A DNA stretch of 64,000 nt from Felis catus (taxonomy: Eukaryota): assembly GCF_018350175.1 (NCBI RefSeq), contig NC_058382.1, forward strand, positions 49,168,001 through 49,232,000, in the 5' to 3' direction. Position 1 is the first letter of the stretch. Each line of letters starts with the position of its first letter. The position numbers and the translations under genes are program-made. This document shows, in pieces, positions 1 to 13,130 of this stretch. Under the pieces are notes generated by a model that was given only the letters and a program-made list of their open reading frames with translations, made no database searches and had not been told where the DNA came from.

Positions 1-102
1 ATCAGGCTGAGACTGTACCCCTTGCCCAAGAGGCAGACAAGTTCCTGCCCCTGGCAGTCAGAGAGGCAAAAGACGCCAGCAGTTGGTACACATAGCAAAC
101 GC

Positions 103-108
103 TTTATT
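103..108 (-). terminator. RFWD3: RFWD3 polyadenylation signal (AATAAA), end of ~2.2 kb 3'UTR
   Basis: tttatt at 103-108 reads AATAAA on the minus strand, ~2.18 kb past the stop codon; GT-rich sequence follows on the minus strand. Confidence 0.7.
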
Positions 109-2287
109 TTCATATTAACATTAAAACATAAAGCACAAACATTAAAACACAGAACATGAACAGAGATCCCACTACCCTGTTTGTCACAGCAGGTACAAGG
201 ATATATGCCAATAAGATATTTGGAGTCTGCTTAACTCCAAACCCTCATATGGGAAACCTCCCTTAGAGACAGGGGGGAGGGAACATGTCGGGGCAGAGCC
301 TGCTGCAGCACAGGAGACCAGAGCCTGGGACTACATGATCTCCTGCTGGATGAGGGATGCAAGGGTAGGATGGCTGGGGGCAAGGTCTTTTCTTTTAAAG
401 AAACCAGTTGAAGTTACATAAATTTCTCTCTAAAATGTCCAAATTTACTGGAGGAATGCAAGAATTGGCAAGACATGAGATTCACCCAACTTCCCTCGTA
501 GTTAAGTCCCTTGGTTCCTCTGCGTGGCGGAATCAATCAGCATCCGCCTTGGTCAAATCCTAACCCTACCGTGGGATTTGTCTCTGCCAAAGACAAAGGC
601 AGCCAGGGCCAACTGCATCCTCTCTGATGACCTGCTGAAACCAGATGAGTCCTGCTTTTTAATCCAAATCCCTTTCTGCCACTGATGCTCTAGGTCTGGG
701 CCGTCATTCTGAATCATCAACATATTGAAAGGAGTATCTCCTCTGAGAAAGAGCCTGGCTCTTTCCCAGGCTCTGGAAACTGGCTTTTTGAAAGATGTCC
801 TAAAACAGAAGGAGGCCACTCTTTAGAAGGCACAACAGGAACTTGAAACTCTGGGGTATCTGTGGCAATAACCCTCTGCTGGTGAGAAATGCTAGAAACC
901 GCGCAGGAGTTGTCGGTCAGAACTATTTTAAAATAAAAATAATAACGCTTCTAGAGCAATTATTTTAAAAAGTCACACTGTTGGCCATCCTGCTTCCAAG
1001 AACGGGGCACTGACCGCCCACACCCTGGGCGCGTTCTATTGTAGACTGCGGTTTAGCAGAGCAGCCGTAGGCGAGGCAAACAGATACAAACGGAAGCCTT
1101 TCCCCCTACTGGAGAAAAGTGAAGTTCGCAATGTTGGACAATCCACGGCTGGAACAAAAGCTGATGGGCTTCTCCCTGCAATCCGCACAGGTCTCCAACC
1201 ACTCTTATCTTCCTGAGAATATTTCACTGACAAGAGTCTTTAAAAAGGCTAGAAGGGAGGCATATCAGAGGAAGCTGAAGTCACACACCAGTTTCACACG
1301 CGGAAGGCTTTAGCTTCTGTTCCCAGCAGTGGTCTCAGCAGCTTCTCTTTTGCAAGCCTGTCTTGCTTAGCCCCTCTCCCTTGACCTCTTTTACGGGGAG
1401 AGAATCAAACAAGAGCTGTGACATGTTGCTCATGTTTTCCTGGTAAGAGGGAAAAGGAGGGGTCTTCAGAGCACTGGTTTATGTAAAATCAATCCGGAGG
1501 TCCTCAGACAGCAAGAAAAAAGGAGGCTTCCCCACTGCTCCAACAACCGGTCTCTTCTCTCGGCTCCCACGATGTGATGAACCTAATGTACTCAGCATTC
1601 CGAGAGGGTCCACAGCGCATCAGCTGCCTCCATCACTGGGCCTGCCAATATCCCAGCACCGCACACCTGGAATGTATCTGCTGCTGCCACAAAGTAGACC
1701 AGATGCGCTCGACCTCACACTTCTGCGGGGATGAGACCAAGTTGCTGAAAGGCTGTCAACACGCCAGGTCAGAAATGGATCAAATTCTTCACCAGGTTGT
1801 ACAGTGCCCTCTTGTGTTCAACTGAAGACTCTTCTGCATCCACGCAACATGGAAATGGTCAGTCTCTTCTGGGACGTTAGCATCCATTCCTGAGTTCGAG
1901 TGACAAGACCACTTAGGTGGGTGTCACACCCTCCAGAAAATGCTTGCTGCACACTCGTTCTAAATGACTGCTGGGAGGATACTCTCTGAGGTCCAGTAGA
2001 ATGTCTGATCAGAAATACAGATTCTCAACAGATTCATGAAGGCTTTGAGCCCAAGACAATGATAACGTAGATGCAGTACCAATCACGTATTCTTTGGATG
2101 GACACCGCAAATACACAGTCTGTAGTGTTTCAGTGACCTGGCCTCTTAGAATCACATTAATTCCAAGGAACCATGATCCCAGAAGTTCTAGGCCACAGAC
2201 AGTAAGCAGAGATCTTGCTCAGGGCTGTTACGTGCTAGCAAACATTTAACATTCACCAGCAGCATGCCTGACAAGTTCCAGACACAG

Positions 2288-2431
2288 TCACTCCCACCGA
2301 TACATGTGGACCATCTTCTCTGTTAAGGTAGCCAAGTAGCTGTTGTGGTTCACCTCAAAAGGGCAGATGTCCAAGACGGGCTGATCGGCCTGCAGTTCCT
2401 GTAGCAACGAGCCACTGCCAGCATCCCACAG
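2288..2431 (-). CDS. RFWD3: RFWD3 last coding exon (exon 13), WD40 C-terminus [47 protein letters not shown]
   Basis: cttctttag acceptor, phase 0, 144 nt ending in TGA at 2290-2288; matches the RFWD3 C-terminus. Confidence 0.95.
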   Translation of the reverse strand: MWDAGSGSLLQELQADQPVLDICPFEVNHNSYLATLTEKMVHMYRWE

Positions 2432-2879
2432 CTAAAGAAGACAGACAGAGTTCAGGGTCAGGAGTCATTCAATTCAGCTGGGGGACTTGCTTGCTCTATT
2501 GCTATATTGCTATACAATATAGCGGTTCCACAGCTCCGTACAACACCCGTTGCTCACCACGAGTGCACTCCTTAATATCATGGGACAACTCTGAAAGGGC
2601 TGCAGAGAGAGCGCTGCCAGGGGAGTACGACAGACTGTTCTCAACCTTCACAAAGCCAGGACACACAACATCAGGCGTGGGCTCTGCCACTGTGATCAGC
2701 AATGAGTCTACCTCTGAAAAGCAAGCCCAGCATCCAGCTCTTCCATCAAGGTGCCAGCAACTCTTCTAGGCACAGAACACTCAGCAAGACAGAAAGTCCC
2801 TTTCTCAGCCCTCATGAAATCTATCTAATAACTAGCGCTTGCTTTTCCTTTTCAAAAACTTTTTGTTATGAAAAAATTA

Positions 2880-3305
2880 TTTTTTTTTAACATTTATTTA
2901 TTTTTGAGAGACAGACAGAGCACAAGTTGGGGAGGGGCAGAGAGAGAATGAGACCCAGAATGCAAAGCAGGCTCCAGGCTCTGAGCTGTCAGCCCAGAGC
3001 CCAATGCGGGGCTCGAACTCACGAACTGTGAGTCGGATGCCCAACTGACTGAGACCCACAGGCGCCCCCGTTATGAAAAAAAATTTTTAGGGGGCACCGG
3101 GGTGGCTCAGTCGGTTAAGTGTTCGACTTCAGCCCAGGCCGTGATCTCACAGCTCGTGAGTTCGTACCCTGTGTCGGGCTCTATGCTGACAGCTCAGAGC
3201 CTGGAGCCGGCTTTGGATTCTGTGTCTCCCTCTCTCTCTGCCTCTCCCCTCTCGTGCTCTCTCACTCTCTCAGAAATAAATGTTAAAAAAATTAAAAAAA
3301 AAATT
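2880..3305. mobile_element. Head-to-head pair of feline CanSINEs
   Basis: GGGCGCCTG(G)GTGG-type heads, CT-rich tract and A tails on opposite strands. Confidence 0.9.
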
Positions 3306-3411
3306 TTAATATCAAGTATAGTAGTACAACAAATTATTAAGCTTTTACCATATCTGCTTTACTGATTCTATTGTTTTCTTTACTGACTTCATATCATTTT
3401 ACCCTTAATCT

Positions 3412-3560
3412 ATAGTGCTATCCAGTATGGTGGCCACTAGCCACATAAAGCTATTTAAGTTAAAAATGAAAAAAAAAAATTAAAAAAATTAAGTCTTCAT
3501 TCACACTGATCACATTTCAAGAACTCATGTGGCTAGCACAACTGTATTGGTCAGCAATGC
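3412..3560. mobile_element. hAT-Charlie MER3-like MITE
   Basis: gtgctatccagtatggtggccactagccaca...tgtggctag...tattggtcagca inverted structure. Confidence 0.65.
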
Positions 3561-4268
3561 TCCAAAGCTTGATTACATTTAGGTTCAAGGGCATCTCATA
3601 AAAGGCGCTATGTATTTCATATCTTCTTACATCAAGAGGCAAATTGGGGTGCCTGGGTGGCTGAGTTGGTTAAGCATCTGATTGTTGATTTTGGCTCAAG
3701 TCTGATCTTGTAGTTTGTGAATAACTTGAGCCCCACGTTAGGTTCCTTGCTGACAACATGGAGCCTGCGTTGGATTCTCTCTCTCCCCCTCCACTGCTCA
3801 CACACGTGCGCTCTCTCAAAATAAACTTTTTTTAAGAGGCAAATTATTTTTTGTTAACCCACTTACAGTGAGGTCGATCACTGTGTTCAAGTTATAAAAG
3901 AATGACCCATCCACTCTACAATCCCCCATCAATCATTCATCTTTTGGTGATGAAACTGTTGCCTGAAACAACTGTTTTATAGGAGTTTCAGTAGTTCCTT
4001 AATTTTTGTTTTAAAGGTTCACAAGACGGCCCATGGGATACTACAGCTCATATAAAAAAGAATGAGGCGAATCTACAGATATTGAAATGGAAAGATATCC
4101 AAGCTAGGAAGCTAAATGGGAAAAGAGCACATTACAGAGTGTGTCTCAAAGCGTGCCTGGTGTAAAAACAAGCAATCGTACATATACACATACACAGATG
4201 TGTGCAATCAAGGAGAACGTCGGTTTTTTCGCTTTACATACTTCTGTATAAAAAAATAATAGGCTCAC

Positions 4269-4480
4269 CAGGGCAGAATTTGATGCTTCATCCCCAGTAC
4301 ACACCAGGATGCTGCCATCACTCTCCGGGTTTTGGAAAATGGCACTTTTGGTCAGTAGTTTGCAAGTGGGTCCCCCAAGGAATGTTTGCACAGGATGGCA
4401 GGAACAGACCAGCTCTCCAGCATCGTCCAGCGTGGAGGACATCTCCATCAGCACACTTCGTAAAGTGCTGTGATTTTTAT
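4269..4480 (-). CDS. RFWD3: RFWD3 exon 12 ([14 protein letters not shown]...GDEASNSAL)
   Basis: AG/GT flanks, 212 nt, phase 1 to 0; ORF 4146..4454 contains [17 protein letters not shown]. Confidence 0.95.
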
Positions 4481-4646
4481 CTATGGGACAGAGGAGTCAG
4501 TGTTGCTCCGTGGGGATGATCCCAGGAAATTAATGAAGATCCTGAACCTCACACGATTACAAACTACTGAGTGGAAGAGCCACAGTTTATTAGATCATCA
4601 AGAGTAGCTACAAAGCAAACAAAGCAACAAGAACAAAATAATACAT

Positions 4647-4878
4647 GGGGCGCCTGGGTGGCGCAGTCGGTTAAGCGTCCGACTTCAGCCAGGTCACGAT
4701 CTCGCGGTCCGGGAGTTCGAGCCCCGCGTCGGGCTCTGGGCTGATGGCTCAGAGCCTGGAGCCTGTTTCCGATTCTGTGTCTCCCTCTCTCTCTGCCCCT
4801 CCCCCGTTCATGCTCTGTCTCTCTCTGTCCCAAAAATAAATAAAAACGTTGAAAAAAAAAAAACAAAAAACAAAATAA
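4647..4878 (+). mobile_element. Young feline SINE (SINEC_Fc-like)
   Basis: CpGs intact, Pol III A/B boxes, A-rich tail. Confidence 0.92.
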
Positions 4879-5357
4879 TACAGCACAAATGAAATTCCGA
4901 ACCGCAGGCTAGGATAAAGCAAGTTATCTACAATAGACTTTTGCCTATGAGGGAAACAATTCTCGGCGTAAGCTATCCCTTTTAGTAAAATCACTGTATC
5001 CTGCCGCCCCCTGCCTTGGTTTTTGTCTTCCTTCAGGGCAGGCAGATGACACGAAACTGCGCTGAGGGGGATGCCCTGGCCTCAGGGGCAGGACTCTTCC
5101 TTCCATTACTAAGTCACAGGGGCTCCTAAAGGGGCTAACTCGCTCCAGGGAGTACCTGGCAGAATTTGCCCTGTCACATAAGTGAGGGGTAGAGGCGGCA
5201 TCTATGGAGGAATGCGGAGCCACTAGCCTCAATATAGCAGCAAGAGCTGTTAGCCTGCGAGGGGCTCTCCGGTGCCACCTGAAGGGCAGGGCAAGCTCTC
5301 CCCTCCTCCCCTGAACCGACTTGCTCCCAAACAGAACAAGGACGTCCCAGCACTCAC

Positions 5358-5572
5358 CAGGCCTGTAGGTCACAAGACAATGCCGGGTGCTGCTCTCCGT
5401 CTGAAAGTCTACGCAACCCCCTGGCTCTATGGGCAGCACATGAGGACAATGAGAAAAGCCCATCTTTAGCTCCCAGAAGGAAGCGTTCTCTAAGGTTCCA
5501 GCCAACACGCCACCATAAGGAAATGCAGCCGAGGCAGCTCTGGGTATGTATGACAGGGATACCAGGGGGCAT
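5358..5572 (-). CDS. RFWD3: RFWD3 exon 11 ([22 protein letters not shown]...CLVTYRP)
   Basis: cccttcag acceptor, gtgagt donor, 215 nt, phase 2 to 1. Confidence 0.95.
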
Positions 5573-5702
5573 CTGAAGGGAAAGAAAGGAAACGATGTGT
5601 CACATTCCAATACTTGTACTACTCCAGACTCCACTAGCAGGAGCCCTCAAGCACACTACAGAAGAGGTTAACGACCTCTACAGAAGAGGTTAACGACCTT
5701 CT

Positions 5703-6598
5703 GGGGCACCTGGGTGGCTCGGTTGATTAAGCATTCGACTTCAGCTCAGGTCATGGTCTCACAGTTTGTGGGTTCGAGCCCCATATCCGGCTCTGTGCTG
5801 ACAGCTCAGAGCCTGGAGCCTGCTTCGGATTCTGTGTCTCCCTCTCTGTCCCTCCCCGGCTCGTGCTCTGTCTCGGTCTCTCAAAAATTACCGTTTAAAA
5901 AAAAAAAAAAAGACCTTCTTTGGGTCACTATCCTTTGACATCTGGTAAAATCTACCAACCCATACTGCAGAAACTTTAAAAGAGTACACATATAATCTTT
6001 GGCATCTAATTTCAGAGGAGATGTCACATATTCTAAAATTAGTTTTTAAAAATGACTAGGGGGGCACCTGGGTGGCTCAGTCAGTTAAGTGTCTGACTTC
6101 GGCACAGGTCATGATCTTGTGGTTCATGAGATCGAGCCCTGCATTGGGCTCTGTGCTGACAAACTCAGAGCCTGGAGCGGCCTTCAGAGTCTGTGTCTCC
6201 CTCTCTCTCTGCTCCTCCCCCACTAGTGATTCCTCTCTCCCATCTCACTCTCTCTCAAAAAATAAACATTAAAAAATTTTTTAAAATTAAAAAAAAAAAA
6301 AAGGACTAGGAAATTTAATACTACAAAGTCACAGTTACAAGAGAGCTTGACCAGTGTGAAGTTTCTAGAAATGGGGTTAGATGTGTACACAAGGAAAGTC
6401 AGAAAGGAAATGCAGCTTATACATCTAATAAAGTCTCCAAGATGCAGTTGACAGACCCTTCAATTAAAATATAGCCTGAAGCAAAAACATTTTTTTTAGA
6501 TTTGTGTAAGTAATCTCTACACCCAATGTGGAGCTTGAACTCATGACCATGATATCAAGAGTCACATGCTCTTCTGACTGAGCCAGCCAGGCGCCCCT
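5703..6598. mobile_element. Three CanSINE copies in RFWD3 intron 10
   Basis: SINE heads at ~5703 (+), ~6059 (+) and ~6598 (-). Confidence 0.85.
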
Positions 6599-7613
6599 GA
6601 AAAAACTACATTTTAATTCAGAAACAGGATGGTTTCATTAGAAATGTTCTAAATCTCTTTCTGCAAGCACATGACCAGGAATGTGTGCCAAGAATTCTCT
6701 CAGAAGTGTCAGCCGGTAGACTATGTTCCTGTGAACTTTGTTTCTGCTGAAGTTGCCCAAGTGGTCGCTGTGCCTGCTTTCTTTCATTGCCCCGTCATGT
6801 CACAATGAAGCAAACTAAAACAGAAATGAACACTGCATACCACTATTCTTTCCTTGCTATTTGCTCTATTCGATTGCCTACTCTTGAGCAGATCTCTCTA
6901 CATCAGTGGCAGTTACCATGCTTGCCTGTAGTTCACACTTCTAAAAGTTTACATCAAGTCATCTTCAGGCCTACAGACCACACAACTGAAGCATGATTCT
7001 ACCCCACTCAAATGAAAAGACCTCAAAGTGTTGAGCCTAGGTTTTCGTAACCAGTTACTACTATGGTGATATCTTCTGAAGAGTCACAGTGGTGCTGGTG
7101 AACAGCCATCCTCAGAATCCGGGCTGACTTTATAAACCTCCCAACTTTGTAAATGGTTATAAAGGATAAATCATAGTAATTGGTATCTTTAGACCAAGTT
7201 GGTTTAGCTGGAGATTAGGGAAGTTTTAAATCTTTTTTTTTATAGGCCTACCTTTTACTGATCTCTTCCTGTGTGTTAGACATGTGGACATTAAAGCAAG
7301 TCTGTGTAACAGGCCAAGAATTGAGACCAAGGAGTTTGGTTTTGAACGCAGATCTGACTTCATTTCGCCACACTGGGGGAGGAGCGACTGTATGAACCTG
7401 GCTATACTTGGTTCCAGGGCTTTCGACTGTGTAGAAATACCACGAACACATGCTCTAAGGATCTTAGTGATTCCCAAGTGACAACACCTCACTGGTCTCA
7501 GGAGAACTGCCCTCTGAGGAATTCTGATCAACTGTGAAACACACTCAGAAGACAGGATTCATACAACGGTCCAAGAGAAAGCTGCTACAGGGGAAAAGTA
7601 AGTGGCTACCCAC

Positions 7614-7790
7614 CTGGCTTTCTGGGGTACTAACTCCTGGATGTGACAGCTCGTGTTTCGAAGGTCATACACCAGAATTGAACCATTGACCAGTCCAGCA
7701 TAGATGTGATTACTTTCATCAAGACACCAGCAGCAGCTCCAGACAGGACGTCCAGCGTTGTAAGTCTGGACCACTGTATTTGTCTCCAGG
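7614..7790 (-). CDS. RFWD3: RFWD3 exon 10 ([22 protein letters not shown]...ELVPQKAR), WD40
   Basis: ctccacag acceptor, gtgggt donor, 177 nt, phase 2 to 2. Confidence 0.95.
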
Positions 7791-8702
7791 CTGTGGAGAT
7801 AGAAGACTTTTACAACCATGTGTGAAGGAAATCAATTATAAAACAAAGATGTAAAGACCATCACTGAAATGATAATCCCTTAAGAACACACCCCCACACC
7901 CAAACTATTTGGGATTTCCAATTTCCTCTAGGGACTGCCCAGATAATCCCTTTTAATTCCAAAATATTTATTTTGGGGGTTACAGGTTTTCTTCTTGAAA
8001 TGTAAGGAGATCAAAGAGATATTTAAACAGTACATTCCCTACTCTACCCCTATTTTCTATAATTAGTATTATGCAAGAAATCAATATTCAATGCTGAAAA
8101 AATTAGAATATACCTATGAGAAAAATAAAAACTAACAATCTAACCACCCAGAGGTAGTCATTAATAACACTTTGGTATTTAACCTGCCCTTTGCATCTAT
8201 TTTTTAACACGACTAGAGAAAAAAATCATAACCTATATATACATATAAAACATAATGCTACATGGAGTTTTGGGGCAAATTAAGCTGAAGCATTCTTGAA
8301 AAGTCAAGAGGCTTCTCAGGTCTGACAGTGCTATCATGATGTTCCTCAGATTTAACTGCAGAATAGGAAGCCAACTATCAGACATCTGATCAGAACTACT
8401 TTCTAAAAGATGAAGGCACTAAGTACATCCCATCTGGTTCACAGCAGTCACATGAAAGATGAAATATAGTGACTGAGGGTTACTGATGAGAGAAGTCATG
8501 GCACCCCAGGACAGTGAGTTCCTGGTGAGCATTTCTGTTAGGCAGAATGGTCCTCGTAACAGACCAGCAACAAGCAGTTCCAAGCTGGTTTGGTAACTCC
8601 ATGGTGCCAGGTACCAAGGCTCCTTCCACGTTATCATTCGACCATCTCTAGCGTGTTACTCTCATCTGCGCGGCTTAAGATGCATTTTGTAACATAAGTA
8701 AT

Positions 8703-8865
8703 TTTATTTTTATTTTTTTATTATTTTTTTTTTTAATATGAAATTTATTGACAAATTAGTTTCCATACAACACCCAGTGCTCATCCCAAAAGGTGCCCTC
8801 CTCAATACCCATCACCCACCCTCTCCTCCCTCCCACCCCCCATCAACCCTCAGTTTGTTCTCAGT
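8703..8865 (-). mobile_element. Short 5'-truncated feline L1 3' end
   Basis: polyT followed by catacaacacccagtgctcatccca...ctcagtttgttctcagt, the carnivore L1 3'UTR terminus. Confidence 0.8.
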
Positions 8866-9075
8866 ATAATTTTAAAACATAACGTTGTACGTAACATTTA
8901 TGATGTCGCATCTACTTTGATGAGCAGCACATTTTATATTCAATGAAACTGGATCTCAGAAGACAATGCCTTAGACCACAAAATGCAAGCTAAGGCCATC
9001 TTAATACAGATACTGATTTCTACGCTGTTTAACACTAAACAGCCCAGGCCCCACCGTCCTCCCTAAAGCACTCAC

Positions 9076-9226
9076 CTGGTCAGTTTAATAGTGCTGTCTA
9101 GGGAAGCAGAGAGCAGTAGGCCTTTGGGCTGACTACTGAAAGCCAGTCCACGGATCTGTTTGCTATGCATGGGAATGTACTGACTGCTTTGCATGTTGGC
9201 AGTACTCAACATCTTAACACCAAAGC
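9076..9226 (-). CDS. RFWD3: RFWD3 exon 9 ([12 protein letters not shown]...[13 protein letters not shown]), WD40
   Basis: AG/GTGAGT flanks, 151 nt, requires phase-1 entry. Confidence 0.95.
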
Positions 9227-9379
9227 CTGCCAAAGACAAGAGAGTGTGAAACAGATCACCGAAAGTCAATTCAAGGCAAAGCAAACGACCTTTTCAAGTA
9301 GCTCCTTCGTTCACCTTTCCTGGCATATAAATCCCTGGAAAACAGCTGGTCAAACAAACAAAAAAATTCCCCAGGGTTA

Positions 9380-9840
9380 TAATTATTTTAAAAAGCATAT
9401 TCTACTCCAAATGCCCAGCAACAGGTGAATGGATAAACCACTATGTGAACATGTACACAGAACAGAATGCTACCCAGTAATAAAAGGAAATGAAATATTG
9501 ATATACATATTAATACGGACGAATCTCCAAAACTTTATGCTGGAAGAAGCCAGACAAAAAAGAACAATGCTGCATGATTATATTTAAGTTAAATTCTGGA
9601 AAATGCAAACTAATGTATAGTGACAGAGAGTAGATCAGTGGCTGCCTGGGAATGGGGAGAGGAGGGAGGGGCAGGTGGGAGATGGATTATAAAAGGGCAT
9701 GAGAAAACCTTGGGGCAATAGGTATGTTCATTATTTTGATTACAGGGATAGTTTCAAGGGTGTATACATAATTCACCCAACTGTATACTTTCAATATGTG
9801 CAATTTATTGTATGTCAGTCATACTTCAATAAAGCTATTA
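9380..9840 (+). mobile_element. Old L1M 3' fragment
   Basis: caacaggtgaatggataaa...atacttcaataaagct, typical L1MC/MD 3'UTR. Confidence 0.7.
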
Positions 9841-10418
9841 GCACAGAGACTATTCTACTTGAACCACAGACACTGAAGATGTAGAAGAGAAGGAACAATA
9901 AAGAATGAACACAGGTAATCTCTATATCAGGTGGTTAAGATATGCTACATTTGTTTGAATGGAATAAAAACAGATGACACTTCAAGTATTCTAATTAATT
10001 TGTGTCATTCCAGAAAGGGAAAAAAATCCCCCCCAAACTTGTCCTTGATAGGTCCTTAAAAAGTCATGTTACTGTTCTCTTACTAGGCTATGTAAATATA
10101 TTATATTTGTTTTTACTAAGTATCCATTATTATCCAAGTTATCCACAAACAGGATTTGTCAAATCCTAGATTCAGGATTCGAGTCATACCTCAGCTTCTC
10201 CAGGGAACCAAGTGGGAAAAGTTTATTGTGTTCTCTGCTGAAACAGAATTAGGACAGCCAGAGAGACAAACACAGAAACCACAGGCTTTAAATCAACAAG
10301 GGAACACGAATACTGGCCTAGTTAATGATCAAGAGAAGCAAGGAGAAATTAGCACCAACAGGCTATCAAGAAGAGCTAGCTGTACAGTGTGGAATACATG
10401 CATTAGAAAAAAGGAACC

Positions 10419-12030
10419 GGGGCGCCTGGGTGGCTCAGTTGGTTGGCCAGCCGACTACAGCTCAGGTCATGATCTTGTGGTCTGTGAGTTCGAGCCCCAC
10501 GTCGGGCTCTGTGCTGACAGCTTGGGGCCTGGAGCCTGCTTCAGATTTTTTGTATCCCTCTCTCTCTGCCCCTTCCCTGCTTGCTCTCTGTCTCTGTCTC
10601 TCTCTCAAAAATAATAACCATTAAAAAAAAAAAAAAAAAAGGAACTGGGTGGCTGAGTTAGTTAAGTGTCTAACTTGTGACTTCGGCTCAGGTCTCACGG
10701 TTCCCGAGATCATTTGTGAGATCAAGTCCCACATTAGGCTCTACACTGACAGCATGCAGCCTGCTTAAGATTCTCTCTCACTCCCTCTCTCTCTGCCTCT
10801 CCCCTTCTTGTGAGCTCTCTCTCAAAATAGATAAACTTTAAATAAACAAACAAGAAAAAAGGAATGGGGTCTCCTGGAGGCTCAGCCTCACAAACCATGA
10901 GACCATGACCTGAACTGAAATCAAGAGTTGGACGCTTAACCAGCTGAGCCACCGAGGCATCTCTGAGCTTCCAACTCTTGATTTTTGGCTCAGATCATGA
11001 CCTAACGGTTGTGGGACTGAGCCCCACATTGAGCTCCGCGACAGCGTGGAGTCTGCTTCGGATTCTCTCTCTCTGCCCCTCTTCCTTGCTCGTGAGCTCT
11101 AAAATTTAAAAATAAATATTTTCCCAATTTGGTGAATCTTACTAAAAATGTGGATGGGATACAGAAACATTATAAACAGTCCTTTTATGTTCTCCTCAAA
11201 AGGACTTTCTCTCAACTCACAGCTATAAGTGATTAGAAAAATATATAATAATCTAGGAATTGTACTCCAAATCCTGATTATACCTAAGTTTGGAGGGACA
11301 GAGTTTTGAAGCATTTGAACAGAATGTTTAAGTGAGTAAACAGGAAATCAGGCTAAAGCAAAAAGACCTGACAGCTGGAGGAAATCATATGCTGAAGATC
11401 ATGGAAAGAAACATCTATAACCATCAGGAATAATTTAATTGAGCATATGAGGAGATTTGTTTTTCAACCTTAAGACAATCTAAAATTTGGGGCACCTGGG
11501 TGGCTCAGTCAGTAGAGCCACCAACTTCACCTCAAATCATGATCTCACAGTTGTGAGTTCAAGCCCCACATTGGGCTCTGTGCTAACAGCTCTGAGCCTG
11601 GAGCCTGCTTTGGATTCTGGGTCTCCCTCACTCCCTGCCCCTCCCCGGCTCATGCTGTCTCTCTCTGTCTCAGAAATGAGTATTAAATAAAATTAAAAAA
11701 AAAAAAAAAGACAATCTAAAATTAATCTTAAAAAAGCACAAAATTTGAGAAAATTTAGTATTAATGTATTATTATCAATACTAATCTATGTATTTCCAAA
11801 TTCTTTTATTTGGAATTTGTCAATTTAACACTACTGAACATAAGTATTAAATCTCGTTTCAACTTGAATTAGCCCTTGGGATATTATTTTAAAAAAGAAT
11901 TCGAGGGGTGCCTGGGTGGCTAGTTGGTTAAGCATCCCACTCCTGATTCTGGCTCAGGGAATGATCTCACGGTTCATGAGATCGAGCCCTGTGTTGGGCT
12001 CTGCGATGACAGCACAGAGCCTGCTTGGGA

Positions 12031-12070
<40 letters not shown>

Positions 12071-12490
12071 GTCTCTCTGTCTCTCTGTCTCTCTCTCCCT
12101 CCCCACTCTCTCTCAAAATAAATAAATAAACATTAAAAAAATTATTAAAAAAATATTCTTAGTCTAGGGATGCCTGGCTGGCTCAGTGGGTAGAGCATGC
12201 GACTCTTGATCTCAACGTTCTAAGTCTGAGCCCCACGTTGGGTGTACAGATAACATTTTATCTTATTGATTTAAAGTTTATTTAGAGGAAGAGAGAGAGT
12301 GTGTGCACATGAGCAGGGGAGGCACAGAGAGAGACGGAGAGAGAGAATCCCAAGCAGGCCCCGCGCTGTCATCACAGAGCCCAACACAGGGCTCGATCTC
12401 ACGAATCATGAGATCATTACCTGAGCAAGAATCAGGAGTGGGACACTTGACTGAATGAGCTACTCAGGCACCCACCCTCCTTTTTTTTAT

Positions 12491-12557
<67 letters not shown>

Positions 12558-13130
12558 CAGGCGTGCACATGAGCAAGGGACAGGGGCAGAGGGAAAGAGA
12601 GAGAGACTCTTAGGCAGGTCCCACACTGAGCATGGAACCTGACACGGGGATCATGACCTGAGCAAAAAATCAATCAAGACCAGAGCAAAAATCAACAGTC
12701 GGACACTGAACCGACTGAGCCACCCAGGGACCCCAAGATAACTCAAAAAAACTAATACCTTAAAAAAAAAAAAAATTCCAGTGTAAAATGAATCTGTGAC
12801 AAGGGCAACTGGGCAGCTCAGTTGATTGAGCACCCAACTTCAGCTCGGGTCATGATCTCACGGTTTCCGAGTTTGAGCCCCACATCAGGCTTGTTGCTGT
12901 CAGCCTGTCAGCGCAAAGTCCGCTTTGGGTCCTGTTTCCCGCTCTCTGCCCCCCACCCCCAAACTTACGTTCTCTCTCCCTCTCAAAAAATTAAACATTA
13001 AAAAAAAAAATCTGTGACCTTATTTATTAAAAAAATTTTTTTTGCCCCTAAGTAATATCTCTACACCCAACATGGGGCTCAAACGTAAGTCACATGCTCT
13101 ACCAAGTGAGCCAGCGAGGTGCCTCCACGG
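10419..13130. mobile_element. Dense cluster of about ten CanSINEs or fragments in both orientations, with (GA)n/(CT)n tracts
   Basis: repeated SINE heads and tails; (GA)n at ~12494-12557. Confidence 0.9.

Noticed and set aside
3102..3365. Recurrent MAQSVK..TSAQV..LEPA peptide family across the window
   Set aside because: Translations of CanSINE copies, not a gene family or an array
4647..4740. tRNA-like A/B boxes
   Set aside because: Heads of tRNA-derived SINEs, not cloverleaf tRNA genes
4945..5634. 229-aa ORF as a standalone protein
   Set aside because: Only 5358-5572 is RFWD3 exon 11; the rest is open intron beyond canonical splice sites
7226..7531. Possible retrocopy (AGTAAA plus A run on the minus strand, 101-aa ORF)
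   Set aside because: No recognisable parent gene or clear target-site duplication
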